NCBI GenBank assembly: GCA_036397755.1
Contig: DASWII010000066.1
Coordinates: forward strand, 6,915 to 70,914
Direction of reading: 5' to 3'
From: Gemmatimonadales bacterium
Lineage (GTDB): Bacteria > Gemmatimonadota > Gemmatimonadetes > Gemmatimonadales > GWC2-71-9
Length of the DNA: 64,000 nucleotides
Part shown: piece by piece, positions 55,051-64,000 of the stretch
Position numbering within the stretch: position 1 is the first letter of the stretch
Layout of the letters: each line of letters begins with the position of its first letter
Notes under the pieces: model-generated
The model's input: only the letters and a program-made list of their open reading frames with translations
Database searches by the model: none
What the model was told of the DNA's origin: nothing
Program-made: the position numbers and the translations under genes

Positions 55051-55563
55051 CTAGGGAAAATCGGAGAGCACGCGCTCGAGCGTCGCGACCTGATCCGGCT
55101 GGAATCCGAAAAAGACGATCTCCTCGAACGTCCAACGATCGGGTGATTCGTACACTACGTCACGCATGATGCGCGCGGCCTCGGCGAAGTCGAACCCGCC
55201 GACCCCGCTCCCAAGGACGGGAAAGGCGATGCGGCGGACCTCATATCGGGCGGCGAGGGCGAGACTTGCGGCGGTGCTTTCGCGGATCGAGTGCGCCGAC
55301 ACCGGCTCGTCGCCCATCGCGGCGGCGTGGATCACCCAGCGCGCCGCAAGCGTCCCAGCGCTGGTGATCGCGGCCTCTCCCACCCGAATGGGTCCGTGCG
55401 CGTCGCACTCGCGTTGAATTGTGGGGCCGCCCGCCTGCCGAATCGCGCCGGCGACGCCCGCGCCGAGTCGGAGATGGTTGTTGGCCGCGTTCACGATCGC
55501 GTCGCCGTCGTATGTCGTGATATCTCCCAGTCGCACGGAGACGGGAGGCTTACGGGGCTCCAT
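55051..55563 (-). CDS. macro domain protein (ADP-ribose binding / O-acetyl-ADP-ribose deacetylase-like)
   Basis: It has GDITTYDGDAIVNAANNHLRLGAGVAGAI and FPVLGSGVGGF. Confidence 0.85.
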   Translation of the reverse strand: MEPRKPPVSVRLGDITTYDGDAIVNAANNHLRLGAGVAGAIRQAGGPTIQRECDAHGPIRVGEAAITSAGTLAARWVIHAAAMGDEPVSAHSIRESTAASLALAARYEVRRIAFPVLGSGVGGFDFAEAARIMRDVVYESPDRWTFEEIVFFGFQPDQVATLERVLSDFP

Positions 55564-55569
55564 GTCGAA

Positions 55570-56406
55570 TCAGTGTCGCCGCAGTTGGCGGCTCATTTCA
55601 TCCAGCAGGCGTCGCTCCGTGGGCGTGAGGCTCTCGAGGCCCGATCGGGAGATCTTGTCGAGCACGCGGTCCACTTCATCGTAGATGGAGTGCTCGTTGT
55701 CCGGCCGTGGCGCTCCGGCCGTTGCCTTCTCGCGCGGCTTGTCGCGCCGGCCCGCTTGTGGCGTGGGCCGTTGCGGACGTCGGATTCTCGGGACGGTCAC
55801 CCGCTCGCGACGTGTGGTGACCGACTCCCACTTCAGGTAGACGAAGCCGAACAAGAGGCCACCGAGGTGCGCCAGATAGGCGACGCCATTCTGGGCGCCG
55901 AGGAGTGCGGACGCGAGATTGGCGACGACGAAGAATGTGACCAGCCACTTCGCCTTGATTGGGAAGGGCACGGGAAACACGTAAATCGGGGCGTCCGGCC
56001 AGTAGAACGCGAACGCCAGCGCCACGCCGAGTATCGCGCCCGAGGCGCCGATCACCATGCCGGCTGGCGATGAGAATACCATGGCGAGCGAGAGCACGGC
56101 GCCCCCAAGACCGCAGACCGCGTAATAGGCGCCAAACGCTCGGCTGCCCATACGCTCTTCGACGGCCGATCCAAAAAAGAAGAGCATCAGCATGTTCACC
56201 GCGAGATGGGGGAATCCCGCGTGCACGAACATGTAGGTCATCGGCGTCCACCACCGCACGAGCAAGCGGTCGGGTTGCAGGCCGAACAAGTCCAAGAACC
56301 ATGGCCCGGTAAAGACCGTGATCCGCATCAAGTGCACGATCGCGTTGGCTATCAACAGCGATCGTACGCACGGCGTGAGCGCGAACGGTGACCGGGTGCG
56401 AGGCAT
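55570..56406 (-). CDS. rhomboid family intramembrane serine protease with a basic C-terminal extension
   Basis: It has the catalytic GASGAILG and HLGGLLFG, the WR-type loop (LLVRWWTPMTYMFVH) and 6 TMs. The start at 56406 follows the ddl stop. Confidence 0.85.
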   Translation of the reverse strand: MPRTRSPFALTPCVRSLLIANAIVHLMRITVFTGPWFLDLFGLQPDRLLVRWWTPMTYMFVHAGFPHLAVNMLMLFFFGSAVEERMGSRAFGAYYAVCGLGGAVLSLAMVFSSPAGMVIGASGAILGVALAFAFYWPDAPIYVFPVPFPIKAKWLVTFFVVANLASALLGAQNGVAYLAHLGGLLFGFVYLKWESVTTRRERVTVPRIRRPQRPTPQAGRRDKPREKATAGAPRPDNEHSIYDEVDRVLDKISRSGLESLTPTERRLLDEMSRQLRRH

Positions 56407-56410
56407 CTCC

Positions 56411-57460
56411 CTACAATTCCCCTGACGTACTGACTTTGTTCCGGAAACCCCGGCGCCGCAAGGCCAGTTCCACCAAACGCGCACAGAGTGCCGCGAAGGG
56501 AACACCAGCGGCGGCCGCCGACTGGGGAAGGAGGCTGGTCGAGGTGAGCCCAGGTATCGTGTTGACCTCGAGGCACTGTGGCCGGCCGGCGTGGTCCAGG
56601 CGAAAGTCGACTCGTGATACGTCCCGGAGCTTGAGCGCTCGATGCGTCGCGGCCGCGAGCGCCTGGAGTTCCGTGGCAAGGGCAGGGGAGATGTCGGCCG
56701 GGAAGATCTCACGTGTGAGGCCCGGCGTGTACTTGCACTCGTAGTCGAACAGTTCGTGGCTCGGGAGAATCTCGCCCACTGCCAGTGCTTCACCGTCGAG
56801 CACGCCGACGGTCAACTCGCGCCCCGACATGAAGCGCTCCAGTAGCACCTCGTTGTCGATGGCCAGCGCGCGGTCCACCGCGGCCGGGATGTCCTCCGCG
56901 CGCTTCACCAGCGAGAGTCCCACCGTGGAGCCGGCCTTGGATGGCTTGACAATGACCGGCAGGCCGAACTGTTCGACGTCCGCGCTGTCGGCCGGCCACA
57001 TGGTCCAATCCGGCGTGGGGATCGCGGCGTCGCGCATGAGGCGCTTGGCGATGTCCTTGTCCATCGCGAGCATGCTGCCGAGCGGGCCGCTGCCGGTGTA
57101 CGGTACGCCCGCGTGATCCAACAGTGTCTGGACGCTCCCGCCCTCTCCGTCAGGTCCGTGGAGTACCAGAAACACAACGTCCGCGCGCACGATGGCCTCG
57201 TGTTCGTGGAATCGCTGCGCTCGCTCTTGCTCCGCGAGGCTGGCCAAAAGTTCTGGGGTCGGTGGTTCACGTCCGACGCCCCCACGGAGCAGCGCCGCCT
57301 CACCTTCCGGCCCCAGCACGCCGACGGCGGTGTCGAACACTCGCACGTGGTAGCCCGATGTGCGGAGCGCCGCTACAACCTGCGCGGCTCCGGCCAGCGC
57401 GACATCCCGTTCGTGGCTCGATCCGCCACTGAGTACGGTGACGTTGGTCCCGGTCGACAC
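56411..57460 (-). CDS. ddl: D-alanine--D-alanine ligase
   Basis: It has VTVLSGGSSHERDVAL, an ATP-grasp region (VIVKPSKAGSTVG) and a C-terminal EVNTIPG. Confidence 0.9.
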   Translation of the reverse strand: MSTGTNVTVLSGGSSHERDVALAGAAQVVAALRTSGYHVRVFDTAVGVLGPEGEAALLRGGVGREPPTPELLASLAEQERAQRFHEHEAIVRADVVFLVLHGPDGEGGSVQTLLDHAGVPYTGSGPLGSMLAMDKDIAKRLMRDAAIPTPDWTMWPADSADVEQFGLPVIVKPSKAGSTVGLSLVKRAEDIPAAVDRALAIDNEVLLERFMSGRELTVGVLDGEALAVGEILPSHELFDYECKYTPGLTREIFPADISPALATELQALAAATHRALKLRDVSRVDFRLDHAGRPQCLEVNTIPGLTSTSLLPQSAAAAGVPFAALCARLVELALRRRGFRNKVSTSGEL

Positions 57461-57463
57461 GGG

Positions 57464-58852
57464 CTAGCGCGCGAACGCTGTGTGTCGGAGCACGTCGTAA
57501 CGCGTCACGATACCGATGATGCCCTCGTCGTCGCGCACGAGGACGGCCGGCGATTGGCGCGTCAGTTTGTCGAGGAAGCCGTCCAGGAGCGCGTCCGCCC
57601 GCACCTCGGGGTACGCGACCTCCATGACTTCGCGCACCGGCCGTTCGAGCACGCTCGGTTGCGCAATGGCAACGGCCTGCAACGCGCTCTCACTCAGGGA
57701 CCCCACGCAGTGGCTGGCGTCGAGGATTGGCAGCTGTGACACGTCGTACGTCACCATGAGATTCAGGGCCTGCCGAACGGTTTGGGTCGGGGCGACCGTG
57801 ACCAATGGCGGCGCGGAGCCGTCCTTTGCATCGAGGAGAAGGCCCGCCGTGACCTGTTTGGAGTCGAGCATCTGGTTTTCGCGCATCCACTCGTCGCTGT
57901 ACAGCTTCGAGAGATAGCGTTCACCCGTATCGCAGAGGATGGCGACCACGAATGCCTCCGGATCGTCGATCCGGCGAGCGAGGTCGATGGCGGCATGAAC
58001 GATCAGCCCGGTGGAACCGCCCACGAAGAGGCCTTCCTCCCGTGTGAGTCGCCGGGCCATTTGAAACCCATCGCGGTCACTTACGGTCATGAATTCATCG
58101 ACCTGATCGTAATGCAACGTCTCGGGGATCTTGTCTCCTCCAATGCCTTCGACTTTGTACGGATGTCCCTGTGCCTTGCGCCCGGTGCGACCGAATTCGG
58201 CATAAATGGAGCCGACGGGCTCCGCGACAATGATCCGGATGTCCTGCCGCTGCTCCTTGAGAAAGCGTCCCGCGCCGCTCACGGTTCCGCCCGTACCAGC
58301 ACCGCCAACGAGATGCGTGATGCGCCCGCCGCTCTGCTCCCAGAGCTCCGGACCCGTGGATCGATAGTGTGCTTCGGGGTTGGCTTGATTATAGAACTGG
58401 TTGGCGAGCACGGCATTGGGCGTGGATGCCGCGATGGCCTTGGCCTTCATGACGTAGTTGTCCGGGTGATCCGGCGGCACGGCGGTCGGTGTGATGATCA
58501 CCTCGGCCCCAAACGCTTTCAACAGCCGGACCTTTTCTGAGGACATCTTGTCGGGCAACGTGAAGATGCAGCGGTAGCCCTTGATGACCGCGGCCAGGGC
58601 GAGTCCGACACCGGTATTCCCCGAGGTCCCCTCAACGATCGTGCCGCCGGGCTTGAGGGACCCGTCACGTTCGGCGGCCTCGATGATCGCGAGGCCGATC
58701 CGGTCCTTCACGGAGCCCCCGGGATTGAAAAACTCGGCCTTGCCGTACACGGGCGTACGGACATCCACCGTCACGCGGTTCAGGCGAATGAGCGGCGTCC
58801 ATCCGATCGTGGCGAGCACGTCGTCGTAAGGCGTCGGGTGGGGATGCGTCAC
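57464..58852 (-). CDS. cystathionine beta-synthase (PLP fold-type II + C-terminal CBS pair)
   Basis: It has the PLP lysine motif NPGGSVKDR, GTSGNTG and GAGTGGT. The C-terminal roughly 130 aa have CBS-domain character. Confidence 0.85.
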   Translation of the reverse strand: MTHPHPTPYDDVLATIGWTPLIRLNRVTVDVRTPVYGKAEFFNPGGSVKDRIGLAIIEAAERDGSLKPGGTIVEGTSGNTGVGLALAAVIKGYRCIFTLPDKMSSEKVRLLKAFGAEVIITPTAVPPDHPDNYVMKAKAIAASTPNAVLANQFYNQANPEAHYRSTGPELWEQSGGRITHLVGGAGTGGTVSGAGRFLKEQRQDIRIIVAEPVGSIYAEFGRTGRKAQGHPYKVEGIGGDKIPETLHYDQVDEFMTVSDRDGFQMARRLTREEGLFVGGSTGLIVHAAIDLARRIDDPEAFVVAILCDTGERYLSKLYSDEWMRENQMLDSKQVTAGLLLDAKDGSAPPLVTVAPTQTVRQALNLMVTYDVSQLPILDASHCVGSLSESALQAVAIAQPSVLERPVREVMEVAYPEVRADALLDGFLDKLTRQSPAVLVRDDEGIIGIVTRYDVLRHTAFAR

Positions 58853-59253
58853 GGTCGAACTCCATCCGGCGATCGTTCAGGCAGGCGAAAGTGTACAGGT
58901 TGGAGGAACGATGTGGCGATGGGTTGCCCGTCGCGTCGCGCTGGCGCAAACGTCATGCGGGCGACACCGGCGAGCGCCGCGGAGTCCAACCCTGGGGTGC
59001 CACTCGCTTCCGCGATCTGCGTCGACTCGGCGACAAGGATGCCGTGTTCGTTCGCAAACAACCGGAGAATCACCGTGCCCTCGGCGCCTTCGTCGAAGAG
59101 AGCAAGCGGGTAGGACACAGGTGACTCGGCGTTGATTGCCACCGGAGGTTCGAAGCCGCGCTCGCGTGGGGCGATCTCGGGGGCCGCGTCCGGCGACTCC
59201 TGTCCACACGCGACCACGCACATCACCGCGGCCACGGTCGTCAATACCCTCAT
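58849..59253 (-). CDS. lipoprotein consisting of a TonB C-terminal-like domain only
   Basis: It has the lipobox MRVLTTVAAVMCVVAC-G and a TonB_C-like region YPLALFDEGAEGTVILRLFANEHG..ALAGVARMTFAPARRDGQPI. It forms ATGA overlaps with mutS upstream and with CBS downstream. Confidence 0.65.
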   Translation of the reverse strand: MRVLTTVAAVMCVVACGQESPDAAPEIAPRERGFEPPVAINAESPVSYPLALFDEGAEGTVILRLFANEHGILVAESTQIAEASGTPGLDSAALAGVARMTFAPARRDGQPIATSFLQPVHFRLPERSPDGVRP

Positions 59254-61838
59254 CCGTCGCCCAACCGTCGCTTCACGTCGATGAGCCATTGCAGTGCTTC
59301 CATGGGTGTCATCCTGTTCGGGTCGAGATGCCGGAGATCGTTCACGAGCGGGTGCTCCCGCGGCGCGAAGAGTCCCAGCTGCTGCGGATCGGGCGCCCTG
59401 GGCAGACGTTCGCCGGCGACGTGATGACCGGACTCGAGCAGGGCGAGGATCTCCTTGGCGCGCTCGATGGCGGTGGCGGGCAGCCCGGCCAGCTGTGCGA
59501 CATGAATGCCATACGACCGATCGGCACCCCCAGATTCGAGGCGATGCAGAAACACAATCTCGTCCCCCACCTCTCGCACGGCCACGTTGTAGTTCCGTGC
59601 GTGCTGGAGCTCCTCCGTGAGCTGGGTGAGCTCGTGGTAATGGGTCGCGAAGATCGTCTTGCATCCCGTGCGATCGTGGAGGTGTTCCGTCGTGGCCCAC
59701 GCAATGGCTACACCGTCGTACGTGGCGGTGCCCCGACCGATCTCGTCGAGCAACACGAGACTGCGCTCGGTCGCGTTGTGGAGAATGGCACTCGTTTCGG
59801 CCATCTCCACCATGAACGTGGACTGGCCCCCGCCGAGATTGTCGCTTGCCCCGACGCGTGTGAACACCCGATCGACAATCCCGATAGTCGCGCGCTCGGC
59901 CGGAACGAAAGCCCCCATCTGCGCGAGAATCACCGCCAGGCCGGTCTGGCGCAGGATCGTGGACTTGCCCGCCATATTCGGGCCGGTGAGGAGAATCACC
60001 CGCTCCGCCACATCCAGTCGAATGTCGTTGGCCACGAATCGTCCGGGCGGCAGCGTCTGCTCGACCACCGGATGGCGGCACTGGTCGAGGTGCAGGGTCA
60101 AGTCGTCCATGAGCGTCGGTCGAACACACCGGAGACGCGTCGCGACGTCGGCAAGGCCCGTGACCACGTCGAGCGTGGCCAGGAGCTTCGCGGACCGCTG
60201 CAGGGCCGGCAAGCGTTCCGCCACGGCGTCCCTGAGCACGGCAAGCAGCTCACGTTCTCGCTCCAGCGCGCGCTCCTCCGCACCGAGCACGCGCGCCTCG
60301 TAGTCCTTTAGCTCCGGGGTCACATATCGCTCGGCGTTGGTGAGCGTCTGGCGCCGTTCGTAGTCCTCGGGCACGGCCTGGCGGTGCACCTTGGTGACCT
60401 CGATGTAGTACCCGAAGACTCGGTTGAACCCGACTTTCAACGACGTGATGCCGGTGCGTTGACGCTCACGCGCCTGGAGCGCCGCGATAAACTGTTTGCC
60501 GCCGTCCCGCATGTCCCGCGCGTCATCGAGTGCGGGGTCCGCCCCGGGCCGGACGGAGTCGGCCTGCCCCAGCGCCGCCGGCGGGTGGTCGACGAGGGTG
60601 CTCCGAAGCCGGTCGACGAGCGACTGGTGCAGGTCGAACCCGCGCGCGACATCCTCGAGAATGGCGCTGTCATGGCGCGACCCGAGCCCGTCGAGAGCGC
60701 TGAGCACGTCCGGCAACAGCAGCAGCGAGTCGCGTAACGCTCCGAAATCCCTGGGTGAGCCGCGACCGACGGCCGTCCGACCGGCCAGGCGTTCGAGATC
60801 GCGTACACCATTCAGCGCCTCGCGGAGGCGCTCGCGCCCTCGCGCGTCCGTGTAAAGGGTCTCCAGCGCATCGTGGCGCGCCTCGATGGCGGCGCGGTCC
60901 CGCAACGGAGCGAGAATCCACTGCCGAAGGAGTCGGCCTCCCATGGGCGTGACGGTACGATCGAGCACATCGAGCAACGTGGTGCCGGGGGCACTCGTCT
61001 GCAGCGACTCCACCAATTCCAGATTGCGGCGGGTCATCTGGTCCAGGGGCATCGTGGTGCCCGGTCGGTGGACCTGCGGTCGCGCCAGCTGTGGAAGTCC
61101 GGCAGGTTGGAGGTCCCGTGCGTAACGCAGGAGGGCGCCGCCGGCCCCCACCGCACTGGCGTCGCGTTCTGCGATCCCCAATCCGTCCAGCGTCGCGAGT
61201 CCGAAGTGATCGATGAGGGCCGCCGTTCCCGCGGCCGGCGAGAAGTCTCCATCCGGTCGGCGGCTGACCATCACGCCAGCAAATGGGCCGCCATGGCTCT
61301 CGGGCACCACCAATTCGCGCGGTGTGTATCGCGCGAGCACAGCTTCGAGGTCCGTTTCCTCCACGGACTCCAGGATGAATTCGCCAGTCGAGAGATCGAT
61401 CGCCGCGAGGCCGACGGGCTCTCCAGGGTGCACTGCCACCAGGAAGTTGTTGCGGGTTCCATCGAGCCACTCCTCGGCCATGATCGCCCCGGGCGTGATG
61501 GTCTCCACGACGGCCCGGCGGACGACACCCTTGGCTGCCTTCGGATCTTCAATCTGTTCACAGATCGCGACGCGGTGGCCCCGCTCGATGAGCCGCCGCA
61601 GGTATTCATCCCGTGCCTTAACGGGCACACCGGCGAGTGGGACGTCCGCTGCGCCGCCGCTGTTGCGCGAGGTGAGCGTGAGCCCGAGTTCCTGCGACGC
61701 CAACTTGGCGTCGTCGAAGAACATCTCGTAGAAATCCCCCATGCGAAAAAAGAGAATAGCGTCCGCATGGCGCGCCTTGATCTCGCGGTACTGCTGCATG
61801 AGAGGAGTATCCGGGATACGCCCCCGGGACTTGCTCAC
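59250..61838 (-). CDS. mutS: DNA mismatch repair protein MutS
   Basis: It has TPLMQQYREIKARHADAILFFRMGDFYEMF and the Walker A TGPNMAGKST. The GTG start at 61838 forms a GTGA overlap with the upstream stop. Confidence 0.95.
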   Translation of the reverse strand: MSKSRGRIPDTPLMQQYREIKARHADAILFFRMGDFYEMFFDDAKLASQELGLTLTSRNSGGAADVPLAGVPVKARDEYLRRLIERGHRVAICEQIEDPKAAKGVVRRAVVETITPGAIMAEEWLDGTRNNFLVAVHPGEPVGLAAIDLSTGEFILESVEETDLEAVLARYTPRELVVPESHGGPFAGVMVSRRPDGDFSPAAGTAALIDHFGLATLDGLGIAERDASAVGAGGALLRYARDLQPAGLPQLARPQVHRPGTTMPLDQMTRRNLELVESLQTSAPGTTLLDVLDRTVTPMGGRLLRQWILAPLRDRAAIEARHDALETLYTDARGRERLREALNGVRDLERLAGRTAVGRGSPRDFGALRDSLLLLPDVLSALDGLGSRHDSAILEDVARGFDLHQSLVDRLRSTLVDHPPAALGQADSVRPGADPALDDARDMRDGGKQFIAALQARERQRTGITSLKVGFNRVFGYYIEVTKVHRQAVPEDYERRQTLTNAERYVTPELKDYEARVLGAEERALERERELLAVLRDAVAERLPALQRSAKLLATLDVVTGLADVATRLRCVRPTLMDDLTLHLDQCRHPVVEQTLPPGRFVANDIRLDVAERVILLTGPNMAGKSTILRQTGLAVILAQMGAFVPAERATIGIVDRVFTRVGASDNLGGGQSTFMVEMAETSAILHNATERSLVLLDEIGRGTATYDGVAIAWATTEHLHDRTGCKTIFATHYHELTQLTEELQHARNYNVAVREVGDEIVFLHRLESGGADRSYGIHVAQLAGLPATAIERAKEILALLESGHHVAGERLPRAPDPQQLGLFAPREHPLVNDLRHLDPNRMTPMEALQWLIDVKRRLGDG

Positions 61839-62680
61839 CGCTCCTCCACAACGAAGGGGCTCCCACCGAACGTCCGTTGCAGGCGGGCGAGCATGACCTG
61901 CGCTTCCGCACGATCCGCGAAGCGCCCCACGCGCACCTTGAACAATCCGTCCGCATCGCGGAAGACGTGTGGGTCGAATCCCTGGCCAGCCACGCGCCGC
62001 ATGAGTTCGTCGGCCGCCTGGGGCGTTTGAACGGCCGCAAGTTGCACGGCGTATACGACACGGCCCGTCGCCGCCGGGGGTTGCGGGCGGTCGGGAACCG
62101 GTGTCTCCTGCAACGCCGTGCATCGCTGCCGGTGGTACGCAATCCGGTTCTGTAGCTCAACATCTTCGACCGCCCCCGCCATGGCGTCGTCGAGATACCG
62201 GCACGCTTCGGCGAGGTTGCCCAGATCCAGCTGCGCGCGCCCAGCCCAGAAGTTGGCCTCGGGCACCGTCGTGCCGAAGGGATAGTCGGCGATGATCCGT
62301 TGGGCGGCCCGCCGGGTCGCCTCGAGGTCCCCCGCGCCGTAGGACTGTTGAGTGAGCCGCAGTAGAGCCCGCTCGGCCCAGGGCGATCGCGGATACTCGA
62401 TACTGACACGGCGGAGATAGAAGCGCGCGCTGTCCAAGGTTGCCGCGACCACTCCCGCGGCGTAAAGCACCTCGGCATACGTCGAGTCGGCGGGCCGCGT
62501 ACGCGCCAGGCGCGTCCGCACGAGTGCCCGGGCCGAGTCGCCTTGCCCTTCCGTCACCAAGCGCACCGCGCGGAGCAAGGCCGAATCCAGCTCCACCCGT
62601 GTCGAGTCTTGTTGCGCCTGCGCGGCACCGGCCGCCGCCAGGAGCGCCACCACAAACGCCAGTCGACCGATCGTCGCCAT
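61835..62680 (-). CDS. secreted TPR-like + SPOR domain protein
   Basis: It has the signal MATIGRLAFVVALLAAAGAAQA and helical repeats. The C-terminal SPOR-like region is YAVQLAAVQTPQAADELMRRV..FKVRVGRFADRAEAQ. Confidence 0.7.
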   Translation of the reverse strand: MATIGRLAFVVALLAAAGAAQAQQDSTRVELDSALLRAVRLVTEGQGDSARALVRTRLARTRPADSTYAEVLYAAGVVAATLDSARFYLRRVSIEYPRSPWAERALLRLTQQSYGAGDLEATRRAAQRIIADYPFGTTVPEANFWAGRAQLDLGNLAEACRYLDDAMAGAVEDVELQNRIAYHRQRCTALQETPVPDRPQPPAATGRVVYAVQLAAVQTPQAADELMRRVAGQGFDPHVFRDADGLFKVRVGRFADRAEAQVMLARLQRTFGGSPFVVEER

Positions 62681-63726
62681 CACGCAGCTTCTCTTCGTCG
62701 TGCGCACGCCAACAGGCAATCGCGGAGGATACCCGCGTCCGAGCTCGTGCGCGTGGATTTGAGCTTTCGATCGGCCTCATATGCCGCCCGCACCGCGGCG
62801 TCCAGTTCAGACAGGGACCATTGGGGCGCGGCTTGCATCCACAGGTCCACGACCTGCTCCGGACGGCCGAGCCGCCACTCCAGTTTGGCGGACTTGAACT
62901 GACCGACGAGCTGCGCCGCTGGGTTCCGCCGCCGTTCCATCGTCAGGGTCGCCCGCAGTCCAAGCAAGTGCGTGCCGAGCGTCCCGATCAGACTGACGCC
63001 GGTGGTGCCGGACAACCCCAGAACCGTCTCGAGCATCTCGATCGCGCGGGCGACGTCCCGCATAAGCACGGAGCGATGCCAATCATCCGGCGTTTCGCCG
63101 CGCCGCACGCCCACGAAGACCGAAACCTCGTCCACCCCCACGACTCCCTCCGTCGCGGCGGACAGTTTGTGCAACTCACTGACGACGGTACCCAGGTCAC
63201 CCTGCGTCACGGCGATGAGGTGATCGATGGCGTCCGCATCGAGGGAGAACCCGAGTGGCTCGGTTCGCCCCTGAATCCACTCGCGCAGATCGCCACGGCC
63301 CAGCGGATCACACCGTACTTGTCTGGTACGCCGACGCAAGAGGGCGGCCACCGGGTTCACACCACGTTCTTTGGGAGCCTCCGTCAAGACAAGCGTCGTG
63401 GTCGGCGACGGGTGCTCGAGATACCGCTCCAGCACCTGCCACACCTTGGCGTTCTTGCGCCATTGCTCGATGTGCTTGAGCACGACCACACGACGCTCCG
63501 CCAGCATCGGTGGCGTCTCCACGAGTGCGTGGAAGCTCTCGCCATCGACGTCCGCGGCCTGGCGCACGTCGACGTTGAAGTCGCGTGTCGAAGGGTCCGC
63601 GGCGCAGGCGATGATTTCGGTGATCAGCTCGTCTTTGAGCAGTTCCTCGGTACCGATGAGGTGGTACACCTGCGAGAGCGAGCCCCGCCCGATATCCCGC
63701 CGCGCTGCCTGGAAGGCGTCGGCCAT
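62680..63726 (-). CDS. holA: DNA polymerase III delta subunit
   Basis: It has VYHLIGTEELLKDE..FNVDV..PPMLAERRVVVLKHIEQW and HolA-like length and layout. The start at MADAFQAA was chosen. Confidence 0.75.
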   Translation of the reverse strand: MADAFQAARRDIGRGSLSQVYHLIGTEELLKDELITEIIACAADPSTRDFNVDVRQAADVDGESFHALVETPPMLAERRVVVLKHIEQWRKNAKVWQVLERYLEHPSPTTTLVLTEAPKERGVNPVAALLRRRTRQVRCDPLGRGDLREWIQGRTEPLGFSLDADAIDHLIAVTQGDLGTVVSELHKLSAATEGVVGVDEVSVFVGVRRGETPDDWHRSVLMRDVARAIEMLETVLGLSGTTGVSLIGTLGTHLLGLRATLTMERRRNPAAQLVGQFKSAKLEWRLGRPEQVVDLWMQAAPQWSLSELDAAVRAAYEADRKLKSTRTSSDAGILRDCLLACARRREAA

Positions 63727-63781
63727 AGGGCTGGAAGTTACGGGTGTCCGGGTCGCACTGAAAGCCCGGCCACCGGGCGTG

Positions 63782-64000
63782 TCAGGGAGCCTGAATGACG
63801 GGGACCAGGATTGGTTCGTCGGAACTCGTGGGTGTGTGCCACCCGCCGAACGCCGGCACCGCCAACTCATCCGTGTCCCGCGCCATCGTCGGCGCCGAGA
63901 TCGGTAGGGTGGACACGACGGGTGACCGCGGCGGCTGATCCCTCGTGGCCGGGACTGCCAGGGCCACCAGGGCCGCGGCGACGACCAGGCCTGCCAGTGG
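63782..64000 (-). CDS. small hypothetical protein with an N-terminal hydrophobic segment (5' end at or beyond the window edge)
   Basis: The open frame continues to the window edge (LAGLVVAAALVALAVPATRD..). No motif recognised. Confidence 0.3.
   Translation of the reverse strand, partial: PLAGLVVAAALVALAVPATRDQPPRSPVVSTLPISAPTMARDTDELAVPAFGGWHTPTSSDEPILVPVIQAP

Noticed and set aside
55051-55563. The macro domain gene as a DarG-like antitoxin of a DarTG toxin-antitoxin/defence module.
   Set aside because: There is no DarT-like (DUF4433) or other ADP-ribosyltransferase ORF adjacent. The protein is a stand-alone MacroD-size domain without the DarG C-terminal region.
59254-60129. The upstream 292 aa of ORF 58849..60129 as part of the TonB-like protein.
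   Set aside because: This part lies in an alternative frame of the 3' half of mutS and is Arg/Gly-rich junk. A lipoprotein signal begins at the ATG at 59253, which forms an ATGA overlap with the mutS stop.
1-64000. A scan for CRISPR arrays, tRNA/rRNA genes, IS elements, integrases, prophage genes or other mobile/defence islands.
   Set aside because: I saw no direct-repeat arrays, cloverleaf-like conserved tRNA boxes, or transposase, integrase or phage-like ORFs. All spacers longer than 100 nt are accounted for in the features and findings. This was a by-eye scan, not a tRNAscan or Infernal run.

Overview
The window is a high-GC (about two-thirds G+C by eye), densely packed, mostly minus-strand stretch of a Gram-negative-type bacterial chromosome. 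It covers the replication-origin neighbourhood. Taxonomy is a guess only; the proteins resemble Gemmatimonadota-like sequences from memory, and no search was run.

Gene content, left to right:
- rsgA (partial), a small unknown ORF, a frameshifted proline dehydrogenase, and a fadI/fadJ-like beta-oxidation pair.
- A methyltransferase and glpD.
- A deoxyhypusine-synthase-like / LOG / PLP-enzyme trio.
- queG flanked by small unknown ORFs, then capA and nif3.
- A tightly coupled parA-parB-M23 peptidase-bactofilin string, with two near-consensus parS sites upstream, followed by mnmG.
- An ABC-2 transporter.
- A complete sufR-sufBCDSU operon that ends in a Rieske ferredoxin.
- def, a thioesterase/alpha-beta-hydrolase fusion, rnd, a SufT-like DUF59 gene, a serine hydrolase, a matrixin and an MMPL transporter.
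- A DUF4031 gene, an orphan type IV pilin-like gene, polA and a cold-shock gene.
- An SLT transglycosylase, a Ser/Thr kinase, pyrE and an AraC-type regulator.
- RNase P RNA (rnpB), then a lipoprotein plus putative outer-membrane barrel pair.
- dnaN-dnaA, divergent from rpmH-rnpA-yidD-yidC-mnmE.
- A long co-directional string: holA, a SPOR/TPR gene, mutS, a TonB-C lipoprotein, cystathionine beta-synthase, ddl, a rhomboid, a macro-domain gene and a DUF2268-like gene.

I saw no rRNA, tRNA, CRISPR array, transposase, integrase or obvious defence or toxin module. I cannot point to a clearly novel multi-gene system.

The items most worth a second look are:
- the parAB-M23-bactofilin operon with its parS pair;
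- the DHS-like/LOG/PLP cluster;
- three short AT-rich, motif-laden islands in an otherwise GC-rich sequence: the suf/def control region, the region upstream of rnd, and the dnaA-dnaN spacer, which is a candidate oriC;
- the frameshifted proline dehydrogenase.

Many gene junctions are ATGA/GTGA/TGATG overlaps. I used these overlaps to choose start codons that lie inside the longer ORF-track ORFs.
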